Counted from the first letter of the stretch, positions 28,138 through 39,165 are shown. The stretch is 64,000 bases of DNA from an uncultured Gemmataceae bacterium (GCA_963750165.1 CAVVPN010000012.1:352001-416000); one strand, 5' to 3'. A program made the numbers and translations. The notes: generated by a model from the letters alone, not told the origin.

Positions 28138-29795
28138 ATGAACGAACCGTTGATTCCTGTGGACGAACCGCCGCTCCACGCCGTCGCTCCCGCTCCGCCG
28201 CGCCCCGCCCCGGTCAAACTGTCGCGTGCCACGGGCCTGCTCGGCCAGGCGCTGCAATGCCTGCCGACCTTGCTGATCCTGGCAATCCTCGGCACCGTCG
28301 GCGGCCTGGGCTATGCCTACGACTGGAAGTTGCCGAAAAAACTCTCGGAGTTGACCGGCGGCAAGCCGGACGCCGAGGAGGACAAAACCGGCTGTCAGCA
28401 GCACCCCAGCATCGAGGCCGACCAGTGCGTGCATTGCAACCCGACCTGCGCGTTTCGCTGGCCGCCGGACCGCGATTACGGCTGGTGCTCCGAGCACGGC
28501 GTCTTCAACTGTGTCCTCGACCACCCCGACCTGGCCCAGTTGCCGCAGCCTCCCGTGGTCACGCCGGAGGAGCGCGCCCGTATCGACAAGGCGCTCAAGC
28601 TGCTGCCGCGGCCCGAGAGTGACAAGAAAACCACCGTCGGGCTGAAGCGCGTGCAGCTGGCGTCGAAGGAGACCATCGAGAAGCTGGGCCTGGACTTCGC
28701 CACGGCCGAGCGCCAGCTCGTCATCGAGAGCGTCAGCGCCCCTGGGGAGATCACCTACGACCCGACGCGCGTGGCCCGGCTGGCGTCGCGGGCCCCGGGT
28801 ACGGTCTGGCGCGTGCTCAAGCAAACGGGCGACCCGGTGAAGCGCGGCGACGTGCTGGTGCTGGTCGATTCCGCGGAGGTGGGTCGGGCCAAGACTGAGT
28901 TCCTGCAGGCGCTTGTCAACTTTGAATTGAAGCGCACCCAACTCGCCCGCTGGCGCAAAGCCGAGAGCTTCGTGCCGGAGGCCACGCTGCAGCAGGCGGA
29001 GACGGCGGAGGTGGAGGCCAACTACCGGATGCAGAGCGCCGAGCAGGCGCTCATCAACCTGGACCTGCCCATCCGCGCCGCGCGCTGAAGAACCTGACGC
29101 CCGAGCAGCGCCGCGCCTGGATGCAGTTCCTCGGCCTGCCGCCTGAACTGGTCAAGCAGTTCCCGGGCCAGACGCGCACCGCCAACCTGATTCCGTTGCG
29201 GTCGCCGCTTGACGGTGTGGTTGTGGACCGCAACGTCGTCGGCGGCGAGGTCATCGACACCACGCGGCCGCTCCTGACCGTCGCCGATGTGAGCCGGCTG
29301 TGGCTGACGCTGGAGATGCGGCTGGAGGACGTGAAGTACGTCCGACTCAAGCAGGAGGTGCGCTTCAAGCCGGACGGCAGCGACGACGAGGTGAGCGGCC
29401 ACCTCGACTGGATCAGCACGCAGGCGGACCCGAAGACGCGCACCGTGGAACTGCGAGCGCCGCTGGCGAACCCGGCCGGCAAACTGCGCGACCACACCTT
29501 CGGCCTGGGCCGGGTGATCCTGCGCGCGGACGATCAGGCGGTTGTCGTGCCCAGCGACGCGGTCCACTGGGTCGGCGACAGTTTCGTGGTGTTCGTCAAG
29601 GATAAGGACTTCGACAAGGAGGGGGCTCCCAAGTTGTTCCATGTCCGCTCGGTGCGGACGGGCGGACGCACGGACGATGGCAAGACGGAAATCCTGGTCG
29701 GCCTGTTTCCCGGTGAGGTCGTGGCGACGCGCAACAGCGGCGTGCTGCGCGGCGATCTGCTGCGGGACAAGATCGGCGCGGGCGAGGCGGATTGA
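28138..29795 (+). CDS. czcB: CzcB-like RND periplasmic adaptor with Cys/His-rich N-terminal extension, frameshift near 29083
   Basis: TM anchor, CQQH...CVHC...WCSEHG...C..DHP, RAPGTVWRV...GDPVKRGDVL, LRSPLDGVV, DPKTRTV, VVPSDAV. Confidence 0.75.
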
Positions 29796-29805
29796 GAGCA
29801 GGGGT

Positions 29806-29947
29806 CAGTGTTCAGTCAGAAGGTGCCAGAGCGGTTCGCAGACGACTGTAGCGGTCGTGTCTTTCGTCCCGAAGGGGCGAAGAACCCGCCACACCCGAAC
29901 GCAACGCGCTCTAAAACCTTCTGACTGAACACTGAACACTGAACACT
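29806..29947. repeat. Nested repeat: 7-bp (CTGAACA)n inverted arms enclosing a decayed AGAGCGGTTC...GCGCTCTA MITE-like unit
   Basis: CAGTGTTCAGTCAGAAGGT (29806-29824) / ACCTTCTGACTGAACACTG (29916-29934); inner element 29828-29913. Confidence 0.7.
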
Positions 29948-29965
29948 AAATGAGGAGAACGTCCC

Positions 29966-32900
29966 GTGCTCAACGCGATCATCGACTTCTCGCTGCGCAA
30001 CCGGCTGCTGGTGATCGTGGCGGCGCTGGGCGGCGCCGGCCTGGGGGCGTTCGCGCTGCGACACCTCGACATCGACGCCTTCCCCGACACCACGCCGGTG
30101 CAGGTGCAGGTCAACGCCTATGCGCCGGCCCTCAATACCGAGGAAATCGAGCTGCAAATCACCGTGCCCGTCGAGCAGGCCCTCGCCGGCATGCCGCACC
30201 TGATCCAGGTCCGCTCCGTCTCGCGCTTCGGCATCTCCCAGGTGGTCGTCACCTTCGCCGACGGCACCGACATCTACTTCGCCCGTCAGCAGGTCAACGA
30301 GCGACTGCAGCGCGTGCCGATGCCGCCCCACGTCGAGCGGCCGCAGATGGGCCCCGTGTCCACCGGCCTGGGCGAAATCTTTCACTACGTCGTCCGCAGC
30401 AGCAGCGGCGACATCACGGAGGCACGCACCATCCAGGACTGGATGATTAAACCCAAGTTGCGCACCGTCCAGGGTGTCGCGGAGGTCAACGGCTGGGGCG
30501 GCTTTGAGAAGCAGTACCAGATCCGCGTCGATCCACAGAAGCTGGTCAAGCACCACGTCACCTTCACGCAGGTCATGGACGCGGTCGCCGCCAGCAACCG
30601 CAACGTCGGCGGCGGCTTCGTGCGCCGCAGCAGCGAGATGATCCCCGTCCACGGCCTGGGCCGCACCGTCACCGTCGAGGAGATCAAGGCCGTGGTTATC
30701 TCGGCGCCGCGCGGCGGCGTGCCGATCCGCGTCCGCGACGTGGCCGAGGTGCAGATCGGCCACGAAATCCGCCGTGGCGCCGTCACGATGGACGGCAAGG
30801 GCGAGGTCGTGCTCGGTCTCGGCTTTTTGCTCATGGGCGAGAACAGCCACGAGGTCGCGTCCGCGCTGGACAGGAAACTCAAGGAGATCAAGCCGACGCT
30901 GCCGGCGGGCACGGACGTGCAGGTGGTCTACAACCGCACGCATGTCGTGGACGAGGTCATCGCCACGGTGCGCAAGAACCTGCTGGAAGCGGGCCTGCTG
31001 GTGATCGCGGTGCTGTTCCTGTTCCTGGGCAACCTGCGGGCGGCGCTGATCGTGGCCCTGGCCATTCCGCTGTCGCTGCTGTTCGCGTTCTGCGGCATGC
31101 TGCGTTTCGGCATCGCCGCCAGCCTGCTCAGCCTGGGCGCCATCGACTTCGGCATGGTCGTGGACAGCTCCGTCGTCATGGTCGAGAACTGCGTCCGCCA
31201 CATCGCGCACGGCGACCTCACCCGCAAGAGCAAGATGGAGATGGTTCGCGACGCCGCGGTGGAGGTGCGCAAGCCGACGCTGTTCGGCGAACTCATCATC
31301 ATGATCGTGTACCTGCCGATCCTGACGCTGGAGGGCATCGAGGGCAAGATGTACCGGCCGATGGCGCTGACGGTGATTTTCGCGCTGGCCGGCTCGATGG
31401 TGCTGTCGCTGACGTTGATGCCGGTGCTGGCGAGTCTGCTGCTGCCGCGCAGGATCACCGAACGCGAACCGCTGCTGATGCGGCTGGCCCGCATCTGCTA
31501 CGCGCCGCTGCTGCGCTTCACCCTGCACCACAAGGCGGCGGTGCTGTTGATCGCCGTCTCCGTGCTGGCGTTCGCCTTCGGCGTCGTGGCGCCGCGGCTG
31601 GGCTCGGAGTTTGTGCCGCAGATGTCCGAGGGCTCCATCGCCATCGCCATCACGCGCCTGGCGGGCACCAGTTTGGAAGATGTCGTCGAGCGCAACACGC
31701 GCATCGAAAAGGGACTGAAGGAGCAGTTCCCCGACGAGATCGAGCACGTCTGGAGCCGGGCCGGCACCGCCGAGGTGGCCACCGACCCGATGGGCATCGA
31801 GATGACCGACATGTACGTCACGCTCAAGCCACGCGATCAGTGGCATAAAGCCGCGACGCAGAAGGAGCTAACGGACCAGATCGAGGAGTTCCTGCGCGAC
31901 GTGCCGGGACACCGCATCGGCTACACGCAGCCGATCAAGATGCGCCTGGAAGAGATGATCTCCGGCGCCAAGGGGGACGTGGTGGTGAAGCTGTTCGGCG
32001 ACGATCTGGAGGTGCTCAAAAACAAGGCGGAGGAGATTCAGAAGGTGCTGCAACAGATCGACGGGGCCCGGGACGTGGGCTTCGAGCAGGTCACGGGCCA
32101 GTCGGTGTTGCAGGTGAAGCTGGACCAGGACAAGCTCGCGCGCTACGGCGTGTCGCAGAAGACGGTGCTGGACCAGGTGCAGGCGCTGGGCGGCCTGCCG
32201 GTGGGCGAGGTGCTGCAGGGCATGTATCGCTTTCCGATCGCGGTACGGCTGCCGGAGCAGCTGCGCCGCGATACCGAGGAGCTTAAGCAGTTGCTGGTGA
32301 CGACGCCGGGCGGCGAGCAGATTCCGCTGGAGCGGCTGGCGGAGGTCAAGGTGGTGGAGGATCGGCCGAGCACGCTGGAGCGCGAGTGGGGCCAGCGCGT
32401 CATCAACATCACGATGAACGTGCGCGGCCGCGACCAGGGCAGCTTCGTGGAGGAGGCCAAGCGCACGGTGGCCGAGAAGGTAGCGCTGCCGGCCAACGGC
32501 CGCTATCACATCGAGTGGGGGGGCAAGTACGAGCACTTAATCAGCGCCCAGCAGCGGCTGTACCTGGTCATCCCGGTGGCGCTGTTGTTGATCTTCTTTC
32601 TGCTGTACATGACCTACGGCAGCCTGGTGGACACGCTGCGAGTGTTCACAGGCATCCCGTTCGCGGCGGTGGGCGGCATCTTCGCGCTGTGGCTGCGCGA
32701 CATGCCGTTCTCGATCTCGGCGGCGATCGGCTTCATCGCCATGTCGGGTGTGGCGGTGCTGGACGACATGATCCTGGTTTCGACGATCCGGCAGTACCGC
32801 GACCAGGGTATGCCGCTGGAGGATGCGGTGACGCAGGCGTCGATCACACGATTGCGGCCGGTGCTGATGACGACGCTGGTGGCGAGTCTGGGCTTTCTGC

Positions 32901-33085
32901 CGATGGCGTTCAGCACGGGCATGGGCTCGGAAGTGCAGCGGCCGCTGGCGACGGTCGTGATCGGCGGCGTCATCAGCGCGATGGTGATGTCGCTGCTGGT
33001 GGTGCGGGTGCTGTACGTCGTCTTTCAGGCGCCGGCGCGGCTGGAGAAAAAGCTTGAAGAGGAGTTGACGCAGCAGACGGGTTGA
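29966..33085 (+). CDS. czcA: CzcA/CusA-family heavy-metal RND permease
   Basis: IDAFPD, GPVSTGLGEI, TM4 AIDFGMVVDSSVVMVEN, RLRPVLMT, GSEVQRPLATVVIGG; 1039 aa. Confidence 0.93.
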   Translation: MLNAIIDFSLRNRLLVIVAALGGAGLGAFALRHLDIDAFPDTTPVQVQVNAYAPALNTEEIELQITVPVEQALAGMPHLIQVRSVSRFGISQVVVTFADGTDIYFARQQVNERLQRVPMPPHVERPQMGPVSTGLGEIFHYVVRSSSGDITEARTIQDWMIKPKLRTVQGVAEVNGWGGFEKQYQIRVDPQKLVKHHVTFTQVMDAVAASNRNVGGGFVRRSSEMIPVHGLGRTVTVEEIKAVVISAPRGGVPIRVRDVAEVQIGHEIRRGAVTMDGKGEVVLGLGFLLMGENSHEVASALDRKLKEIKPTLPAGTDVQVVYNRTHVVDEVIATVRKNLLEAGLLVIAVLFLFLGNLRAALIVALAIPLSLLFAFCGMLRFGIAASLLSLGAIDFGMVVDSSVVMVENCVRHIAHGDLTRKSKMEMVRDAAVEVRKPTLFGELIIMIVYLPILTLEGIEGKMYRPMALTVIFALAGSMVLSLTLMPVLASLLLPRRITEREPLLMRLARICYAPLLRFTLHHKAAVLLIAVSVLAFAFGVVAPRLGSEFVPQMSEGSIAIAITRLAGTSLEDVVERNTRIEKGLKEQFPDEIEHVWSRAGTAEVATDPMGIEMTDMYVTLKPRDQWHKAATQKELTDQIEEFLRDVPGHRIGYTQPIKMRLEEMISGAKGDVVVKLFGDDLEVLKNKAEEIQKVLQQIDGARDVGFEQVTGQSVLQVKLDQDKLARYGVSQKTVLDQVQALGGLPVGEVLQGMYRFPIAVRLPEQLRRDTEELKQLLVTTPGGEQIPLERLAEVKVVEDRPSTLEREWGQRVINITMNVRGRDQGSFVEEAKRTVAEKVALPANGRYHIEWGGKYEHLISAQQRLYLVIPVALLLIFFLLYMTYGSLVDTLRVFTGIPFAAVGGIFALWLRDMPFSISAAIGFIAMSGVAVLDDMILVSTIRQYRDQGMPLEDAVTQASITRLRPVLMTTLVASLGFLPMAFSTGMGSEVQRPLATVVIGGVISAMVMSLLVVRVLYVVFQAPARLEKKLEEELTQQTG

Positions 33086-33125
33086 CCGGCGCTCTGCTTT
33101 CTGCCGCAAGCGGCAGAAGGCAGGA

Positions 33126-34271
33126 TCAGTGCGACCGCGCCAGAAACGTCATCGCCTTGCCGTTCTGGCCGCCGAAGCTGACCAGGCGGTCGAAGTGGTA
33201 GTGCTGCACCACGCGCACGAACTGCTGCGCGTCTGCCAGATGGCCGCCGAAGGATTGCACCGGCGTGTCGCCGTCGAACACCACGCACTGGCCATTCTGC
33301 TGACGCACCAGCAGCGAATCGGGCCGGAAATTCAGCGGCAACTGACCGAAGCGGACGCCCACCGGCGGCTGACCGTTGATCAGGTAATAGTGAAACCCGT
33401 CCTCCGTCGTACCGATGGTCAACCGCTCGGTGAGTCCGTAATACTGCACGAGCTGCAGCGCCTGAGTGGCCCCCAACCGATCCGGACCGAAATTCGCCAG
33501 CACCTGGTTGCCGACGATCAACTTCCACTGGTGCTGGTCGTCCTGCCGCACCTCGACCCGTTGCGGGACAAAGCGGATGCGCCCCGCCGTGTTGGCCGCT
33601 GCCGTGCCGGGCGGCGCCGCCTGGGCCGCGATCGCCCGCTGAATCTCGAAACGGGCCTTCTCACTGGGGTGCGCCAAAAAGTAGGTCATCGACGGGAACG
33701 GCCGGCCGACGGTGCCCAGTTGACTGAAGCCGTAGTGGCGCATCACGTCCAGCGCCAGGTACGCCTGCTCGGCGTGCTCGCCGAAGGCGAACAGGATGCG
33801 CCGCTGATCGCCGCCCTGCCGATCTCGATCCCTGTCGGCCAGCACCCACTGCTTGGTCTGCGCGTCGTGCTCGACGTGCAGCGCGTTCAGGTCGAGCGGC
33901 CGCACGTTCAGGCCCTGCGCGGGCCCGAGCGGAGCGTGGCCGTCGGTGAGCCAGATTTCCATGACCGGCAGCGGCGTCCCGAGGAAGCCGACCTGGTTGA
34001 GGTTGAGCAGACGGATGACGTGCTGCGCTTCGTGGGCGTCGGCCTCGCGCGGACCGAAATCGCGCAGCTGGATGCTGTCGGCGGCCAGCACCCAGCGGCC
34101 ATCGACGCGGTGGACCTCGACGTGCTGCGGGTCGAAGCGGTAGAACGTGGGTGGCTGCACAGCGGGCGGCGGTTGCGGCGCCGCGATGGGCGGCGCGACC
34201 TTCGGCGTCTGGGCGAGCGCCGTGGCGGGGCTGCATAGCAGCGCCAGCAGCAGAGAGACGGATCGGCGCAT
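33126..34271 (-). CDS. Exported protein built from four ~80-aa repeats
   Basis: Signal peptide; repeat pattern F.P..V.V.....W.L......L..FG.....A..A..V...Y.......G. Confidence 0.75.
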   Translation of the reverse strand: MRRSVSLLLALLCSPATALAQTPKVAPPIAAPQPPPAVQPPTFYRFDPQHVEVHRVDGRWVLAADSIQLRDFGPREADAHEAQHVIRLLNLNQVGFLGTPLPVMEIWLTDGHAPLGPAQGLNVRPLDLNALHVEHDAQTKQWVLADRDRDRQGGDQRRILFAFGEHAEQAYLALDVMRHYGFSQLGTVGRPFPSMTYFLAHPSEKARFEIQRAIAAQAAPPGTAAANTAGRIRFVPQRVEVRQDDQHQWKLIVGNQVLANFGPDRLGATQALQLVQYYGLTERLTIGTTEDGFHYYLINGQPPVGVRFGQLPLNFRPDSLLVRQQNGQCVVFDGDTPVQSFGGHLADAQQFVRVVQHYHFDRLVSFGGQNGKAMTFLARSH

Positions 34272-34454
34272 GGCTTGGCACCTTGATGGACTGCGATATG
34301 GGATGGCGGGCTCTATCGCAGCATCGGGGCGGCGCGTCAAGGCGGGTTTTCAGCCCGGTTGCAGTCGCCCTTGACGCGCCGACCGCGGCCGCAGTAATCT
34401 TTTCCTCAATCCTGCAGAGGTAACCCGCCCCCGTCATACCCCAGGGAACCGGAC

Positions 34455-35354
34455 ATGGATGTCGCACGCCAGCAAGCGCGGATCGACGCGATTCGTTGGT
34501 ATCACGAATTCGACTTCGGCAACGGCCTGTGCGCCCGCTCCCAGAACCCTGCGGCGGAGGTGCATCGGACCATCTGGCGCTTCATCGAGCAACAACTCCA
34601 GGCCGTCGATTTTCGCGACCGCACCGTCCTGGACATTGGCTGCTGGGACGGTTACTGGAGTTTCTACGCGGAGCGCCGCGGGGCCCGGCATGTGCTCGCG
34701 GCGGATGACCTGACGCAGAACTGGTCAGACGGCAGCGGCCTGTTGCTGGCGCGGGAACTGCTCGGCTCGGCGGTGGAGGTCAACCAGCGCCTGCCCGTTT
34801 ACGCACTGGCGACGCTCGGGCGCCGCTTCGATCTCATCCTGTTTTTCGGGGTGTACTATCACCTGTTCGACCCGTTCCACGCGCTGGCGCAGATTCGCCA
34901 TTGCTGTCACCGCGACACCCTCGTGCTGATCGAGGGGAACGAGGCGCTCGGCCTGCTGCCGGGCGCCGCGGTGCATGATTTCCATAACTACACCAGCCGC
35001 TTCACGCCGACCCGGGAGGCGCTGCACCACCTGCTGCGCGCCGCCTACTTCTCGGTGGCGGATGCCACGCCGCTGGCCGCGGAGTCGCTCGGCCGCCTGG
35101 GCTGGCGCTGGCGCGTGCGGATGGCCCTGCAGGCGTTACGCGGCTCGCGCCGCGGCATGAGCGCCCTGCTGCCGCCGCTGTACGCCGCCCGCCGCGTTTT
35201 CTTGACGTGCGTCCCCTTTGAGGGGGTGAACGACGTGCATCGCAATAGCCCCCCCTTCGGATTGCACGTCTACGATAGCCGCTTTCACGGCCCCGACCGG
35301 ACAAAAAGTGAACCCGTTTACGTTTCGTGCGGGAGCAGCCCGCGCGAAACGTAA
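34455..35354 (+). CDS. Class I SAM-dependent methyltransferase (DUF1698/CmoB-related)
   Basis: WYHEFDFG, VLDIGCWDG, FDLILFFGVYYHL; stop codon lies inside REP family A. Confidence 0.8.
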   Translation: MDVARQQARIDAIRWYHEFDFGNGLCARSQNPAAEVHRTIWRFIEQQLQAVDFRDRTVLDIGCWDGYWSFYAERRGARHVLAADDLTQNWSDGSGLLLARELLGSAVEVNQRLPVYALATLGRRFDLILFFGVYYHLFDPFHALAQIRHCCHRDTLVLIEGNEALGLLPGAAVHDFHNYTSRFTPTREALHHLLRAAYFSVADATPLAAESLGRLGWRWRVRMALQALRGSRRGMSALLPPLYAARRVFLTCVPFEGVNDVHRNSPPFGLHVYDSRFHGPDRTKSEPVYVSCGSSPRET

Positions 35355-35360
35355 ACGGGT
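35312..35360. repeat. REP-like palindrome family A, second copy
   Basis: ACCCGTTTACGTTTCG / CGAAACGTAAACGGGT. Confidence 0.85.
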
Positions 35361-35386
35361 CAATGATGATCGAACCTCGGTCGGTG

Positions 35387-35635
35387 TTACGATTGGGCGA
35401 CGACGTTGATGCGGGTGCCTTCGCGGTCGAACGTGACAATGCCGTCGGCCAGCGCGAACAGCGTGAAATCGCGGCCGAGACCGACGTTGCGGCCGGGGTG
35501 GTAGCGCGTGCCGCGCTGCCGCACGATGATGCCGCCCGCCGGCACCGACTGGCCGCCGTACACCTTGATGCCCAGCCGTTTGCTGTTCGACTCGCGGCCG
35601 TTGCGACTCGAACCTTGACCTTTCTTGTGAGCCAT
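35387..35635 (-). CDS. rpmA: 50S ribosomal protein L27
   Basis: [22 protein letters not shown]...IIVRQRGT. Confidence 0.98.
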   Translation of the reverse strand: MAHKKGQGSSRNGRESNSKRLGIKVYGGQSVPAGGIIVRQRGTRYHPGRNVGLGRDFTLFALADGIVTFDREGTRINVVAQS

Positions 35636-35652
35636 GTCCCTGTCACCCTTCC

Positions 35653-36534
35653 TTACTTCACCTGGAGCACTTTCCCGGGATTCAACGCCCCCAGCTTGTC
35701 CTTGGCCTTTTCCTTGCCCGCGTCGGCGCCCGGCTGGTCGGGGATGCGCAGCAGGGCCGAACGATAAATCCACTCCGACGGCGGCACGAAACTGATCTCA
35801 CGCGAGTCCAGCGAATAACGGTCGCCGACGCGCTTGAAGTTCAATTGCAGCGTCTTGCGGCGAATGATCGGCGCCTCGCCTTTGCCCTTGGCCGGATCAA
35901 CCAGCACCCAGCCGTTCGACAGGCCGCTCACGAACACTGAGAAGCGGTTCGAGTCGCTGAGGTCCTTGGTGCCGGCGGGGCGGTTGTCCTTCCACGGCTG
36001 ATTGGGATCCAGGGCGGGGGTGCCATCCCAGATGGCCACGCCGGTCACCGCGGTCGGGAACGCCTCGCCGGGCGGCCCCGACACGGGAATCGGCCTGGCG
36101 GCGATGGTCACCGAGTTCTTGATGTCCTGGTAGCCGGTCGGATCCTCCAGCCGCTTGATGGCGTCCTCGACCGACGGCAACACCTCATCTTTATAGACGC
36201 CAGGGTGGTCGATCGTCACCAGTTCAAAGTCGGGGATGAACGTCCGCGGTTCCTTGGTTCGGTTGATGACCTGATACCACATGTACCAGCAGATCCGCGT
36301 GCCGCGGCCGGGGATGTTCACCTTGATGAGGCGCGGGTCCTTGAAGCGGAAGTCCAGCGACCAGACATCGAGCTTGGGATCGTCCAGCTCGCTGCGATCG
36401 GACTTGATCTCGCGTTCGTTGTAAGTCGATTGCTGGCCGAGCGCCCACGTCAGGTGCAGGCCCAGCACCAGGCCGAGGCTCGCCAGGATGACCAGGCGTA
36501 ACCGATTGCGTCGTCCACGGGAGCCGGCGTTCAT
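35653..36534 (-). CDS. Exported hypothetical protein, likely co-transcribed with rpmA
   Basis: Signal peptide, 293-aa clean ORF, 17-nt gap to rpmA. Confidence 0.8.
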   Translation of the reverse strand: MNAGSRGRRNRLRLVILASLGLVLGLHLTWALGQQSTYNEREIKSDRSELDDPKLDVWSLDFRFKDPRLIKVNIPGRGTRICWYMWYQVINRTKEPRTFIPDFELVTIDHPGVYKDEVLPSVEDAIKRLEDPTGYQDIKNSVTIAARPIPVSGPPGEAFPTAVTGVAIWDGTPALDPNQPWKDNRPAGTKDLSDSNRFSVFVSGLSNGWVLVDPAKGKGEAPIIRRKTLQLNFKRVGDRYSLDSREISFVPPSEWIYRSALLRIPDQPGADAGKEKAKDKLGALNPGKVLQVK

Positions 36535-36611
36535 CCCTCTCCTCCTGTTGGGCGCGGCGCGGGTTCCGGTTTGCGCAGCCCACCCTCTGCCGGCAATGTG
36601 CCGGTAGGCTC

Positions 36612-36640
36612 ACTATAAGCGGTAGGGCAAGAGGGGTCAA
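36612..36640 (-). promoter_or_regulatory. sigma70-type promoter TTGACC-N17-TATAGT
   Basis: Near-consensus hexamers upstream of the hypothetical-rpmA pair. Confidence 0.65.
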
Positions 36641-36669
36641 GGCGAGGACACAGCCGGGTGGAGCGGCGC

Positions 36670-38023
36670 TCACCCCCACGGGATGGGCGTCCCCGAATTC
36701 ACCGGGAACGCCTGCCCCGTTTCGTCGCGCAGCACCGCCGCCGGGTTGACGCCCAGCGCCTGTAACACGCTGGCCCCCAGGTCCGCCGGCGTGTACGACG
36801 GCGCCGCCGGGAACGCGCCGAGGCGGTCGCTGGCCCCGAGCACCCGGCCGCGGCCGACCCCCGCGCCGAACGCCAGGATGCTGAACACACTCGCCCAGTG
36901 GTCGCGGCCGTCCGGCGCCGCGCCGCAGCCGTCCGGCACCGCCTGGCCGATCCGCGGTGCCCGGCCGAACTCCGTCGCCACCACCACCAGCACCTCGTCA
37001 CGCAGACCGCGCTGCGTCAGGTCCTCCGCCAGTGCCGCCAACGCCCGGTCCAGCATCGGCAGCAACCGCGACCGCAGCCCATTGAAGTTATCGCTGTGCG
37101 TGTCCCACGCCTCCGGCGTGCCCATGTTCACCTGCACCAGCGGTACGCCCGCTTCCACCAGACGGCGGCCCAGCAGCAAGCCCTGCCCCATCAGGTTCCG
37201 GCCGTAGTGGTCGCGCAACCGCGGCTCCTCGCGCCACAGGTCGAAAGCGTCGCGGCAGCGGTTCGCTGTCAAAATGTCGATGGCCTGGCGGCGGTGGGCG
37301 TCGAGCGCGCGGCACCGGGCCGCGGTCCTGGCGGTCCAGCGCCGCCAGCAGCGCCGCCCGGTCGTGCAGCCGGCCGACGCTCAGGTTCGCTGGCAGGGTC
37401 AGGTCCGCCGGCCGGTAGTTGGCGGCGCTGGGATCGCCGGTCACGAACCACGGATCGTACTGCCCTCCCAGGAAGCCGCCGTTCTGGCCGGGGTAGCTGC
37501 GCAGCCGGTGCGGCAGCACCACGGTCGTCGGCACACCCGTTCGATCCGGCCGCGCCCGCGCCAGCAGCGCACCGAGGTGCGGCCGGTCGCGGCGCGACGC
37601 GGTGTTGCCGGTGCCCGGCGGCGTCTGGTCCACGCCGGCCAGCAGACGGTGGGCGGCCGGTTCGTGTACCGGCGTCAGCGTCCGCATCGAGCGGACCAGC
37701 GCCCATTCACCCAGGCACCGGGCCAACCGCGGCAGCGGCTCGGTCAAGCGCACCCCCGGCACGGCGGTCGCGATGGTGTTGAAGGTGCCGCGGATTTCCT
37801 TGGGGGCGTTCGGCTTGGGGTCCAGCGAATCAATGTGGCTCAGGCCACCGGTCAGGTTCGCCAGGATCACCCCGCGAACCGGCCGCCGGACTTGCGACAG
37901 CGCTGCGGGCGTCTGCGCACGGGCGCGCAGCACGTCCGCCAGGGTCAGGTGCAGGCAGGCCAGCGTGCCGGCCTGCAGCAACGTGCGCCGCGAGGGGAGA
38001 GGGGACACGGGCTCACTCCGCAA
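36670..38023 (-). CDS. DUF1501 family protein, frameshift near 37310
   Basis: SRRTLL Tat-like start, GGLSHIDSLDPKP, RRLVEAGV, WDTH, TEFGRAP, GRDHW. Confidence 0.85.
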
Positions 38024-38062
38024 ACGGGTTTCGGTTCGGACGGGACAGCGGTTGTGGTTCGG

Positions 38063-39061
38063 TCAAATATCGTCCTTCTTCTTGCCCTTGTCGAAGTACG
38101 CCTCATTGATCTCCGACAGCGGGAACAGGTAATAGCCGGCCGCCGACCGGGCGACCAGCCCTTCCAGGCCCGCCGCCTTGCCGCCCACGTCGGCGGGCCG
38201 CTTGATGATTTCCAGTGCCTGCGACGCGCCGCTCTTGAGGGTAACGTCCCAGTTGTCGCCCCTGGCGCCCAGCTGGCTCAACCGCGCCACCTTGGCCACG
38301 TCCAGCTTGACCGTCTTCTGGAAGAACAGCATTGGCGACGTGCGCAGCAGGCCGTCCGTCTGCTTGTAGAGCGGCAGTAAATCCTTCACCTTGTACAGGG
38401 TGACCTTGTCCTTCTCGGACTGATACACCTCCGCGTTGCGGCCCTTGGGCGCCGCCGCCGCCTTCGCCGCGGGGAACCGCACGCTCTTGATACCGCGGTT
38501 CACGCCGCCCTCGAACTTGATCTGGCCGACGCCGAACTCGCCCAGGTCCGTCTCGGCCTCGATCGTCAGCACGTTCACGCCGACGTAGCCAGTTTTGCCC
38601 ACCAGTTCCTCTTCGCCGCTCTCCTTCGCCACGCGCACCGTCGCGGTCTTCTCTTCGTGGTCGAACTCGATGCTGCGGATGTTCTCCAGCGGCACGTAGA
38701 CCATGATACGGTTACCGCGCTTGTAGACCGGGCCGAGGCCGGGGCTGAACTCGAACGCCTCCGGGCCGACCGCGGGCGCCTTCGGGCCACCCTTGCCCTT
38801 CTTGCCGGGAGTGCCCTGCTTTTCCGCGAGCTGCTTGGCCTCCGCGGGCGTCGCCAGCCAGGACAGGTGCAGCGTGCCGGTGGTGAACTTCCAGTTCTTG
38901 ACCTTGTGCTCCTTGCCGTTGAAGTCCGTGATGACGATCTCGGCGCCGCCCTGGGCCGGCTTCTTGTCCTTCTTGTCGCCAGCCGTCAGTGGGCGGACGG
39001 CACTCAACGCAACCAGGCCGACGCCGCTCAGCACGAGCAGCAGCAGTTTGCAGGAACGCAT
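38063..39061 (-). CDS. Exported Lys-rich hypothetical protein
   Basis: Signal peptide, 332-aa ORF with strong codon bias. Confidence 0.8.
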   Translation of the reverse strand: MRSCKLLLLVLSGVGLVALSAVRPLTAGDKKDKKPAQGGAEIVITDFNGKEHKVKNWKFTTGTLHLSWLATPAEAKQLAEKQGTPGKKGKGGPKAPAVGPEAFEFSPGLGPVYKRGNRIMVYVPLENIRSIEFDHEEKTATVRVAKESGEEELVGKTGYVGVNVLTIEAETDLGEFGVGQIKFEGGVNRGIKSVRFPAAKAAAAPKGRNAEVYQSEKDKVTLYKVKDLLPLYKQTDGLLRTSPMLFFQKTVKLDVAKVARLSQLGARGDNWDVTLKSGASQALEIIKRPADVGGKAAGLEGLVARSAAGYYLFPLSEINEAYFDKGKKKDDI

Positions 39062-39165
39062 GGCGGTTTTCCCCCGGAGTGATGTCGATGCTGGGCATGG
39101 TCCATCGTGCCCGGCCGCGCGGGGAAGATCAAGGGAAAAGCGGATTCTTGTGGTGTGCCTCTGGA

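Noticed and set aside
29060..29120. Programmed ribosomal frameshift in czcB
   Set aside because: No slippery heptamer; the GCGCGC context matches the other probable indel errors
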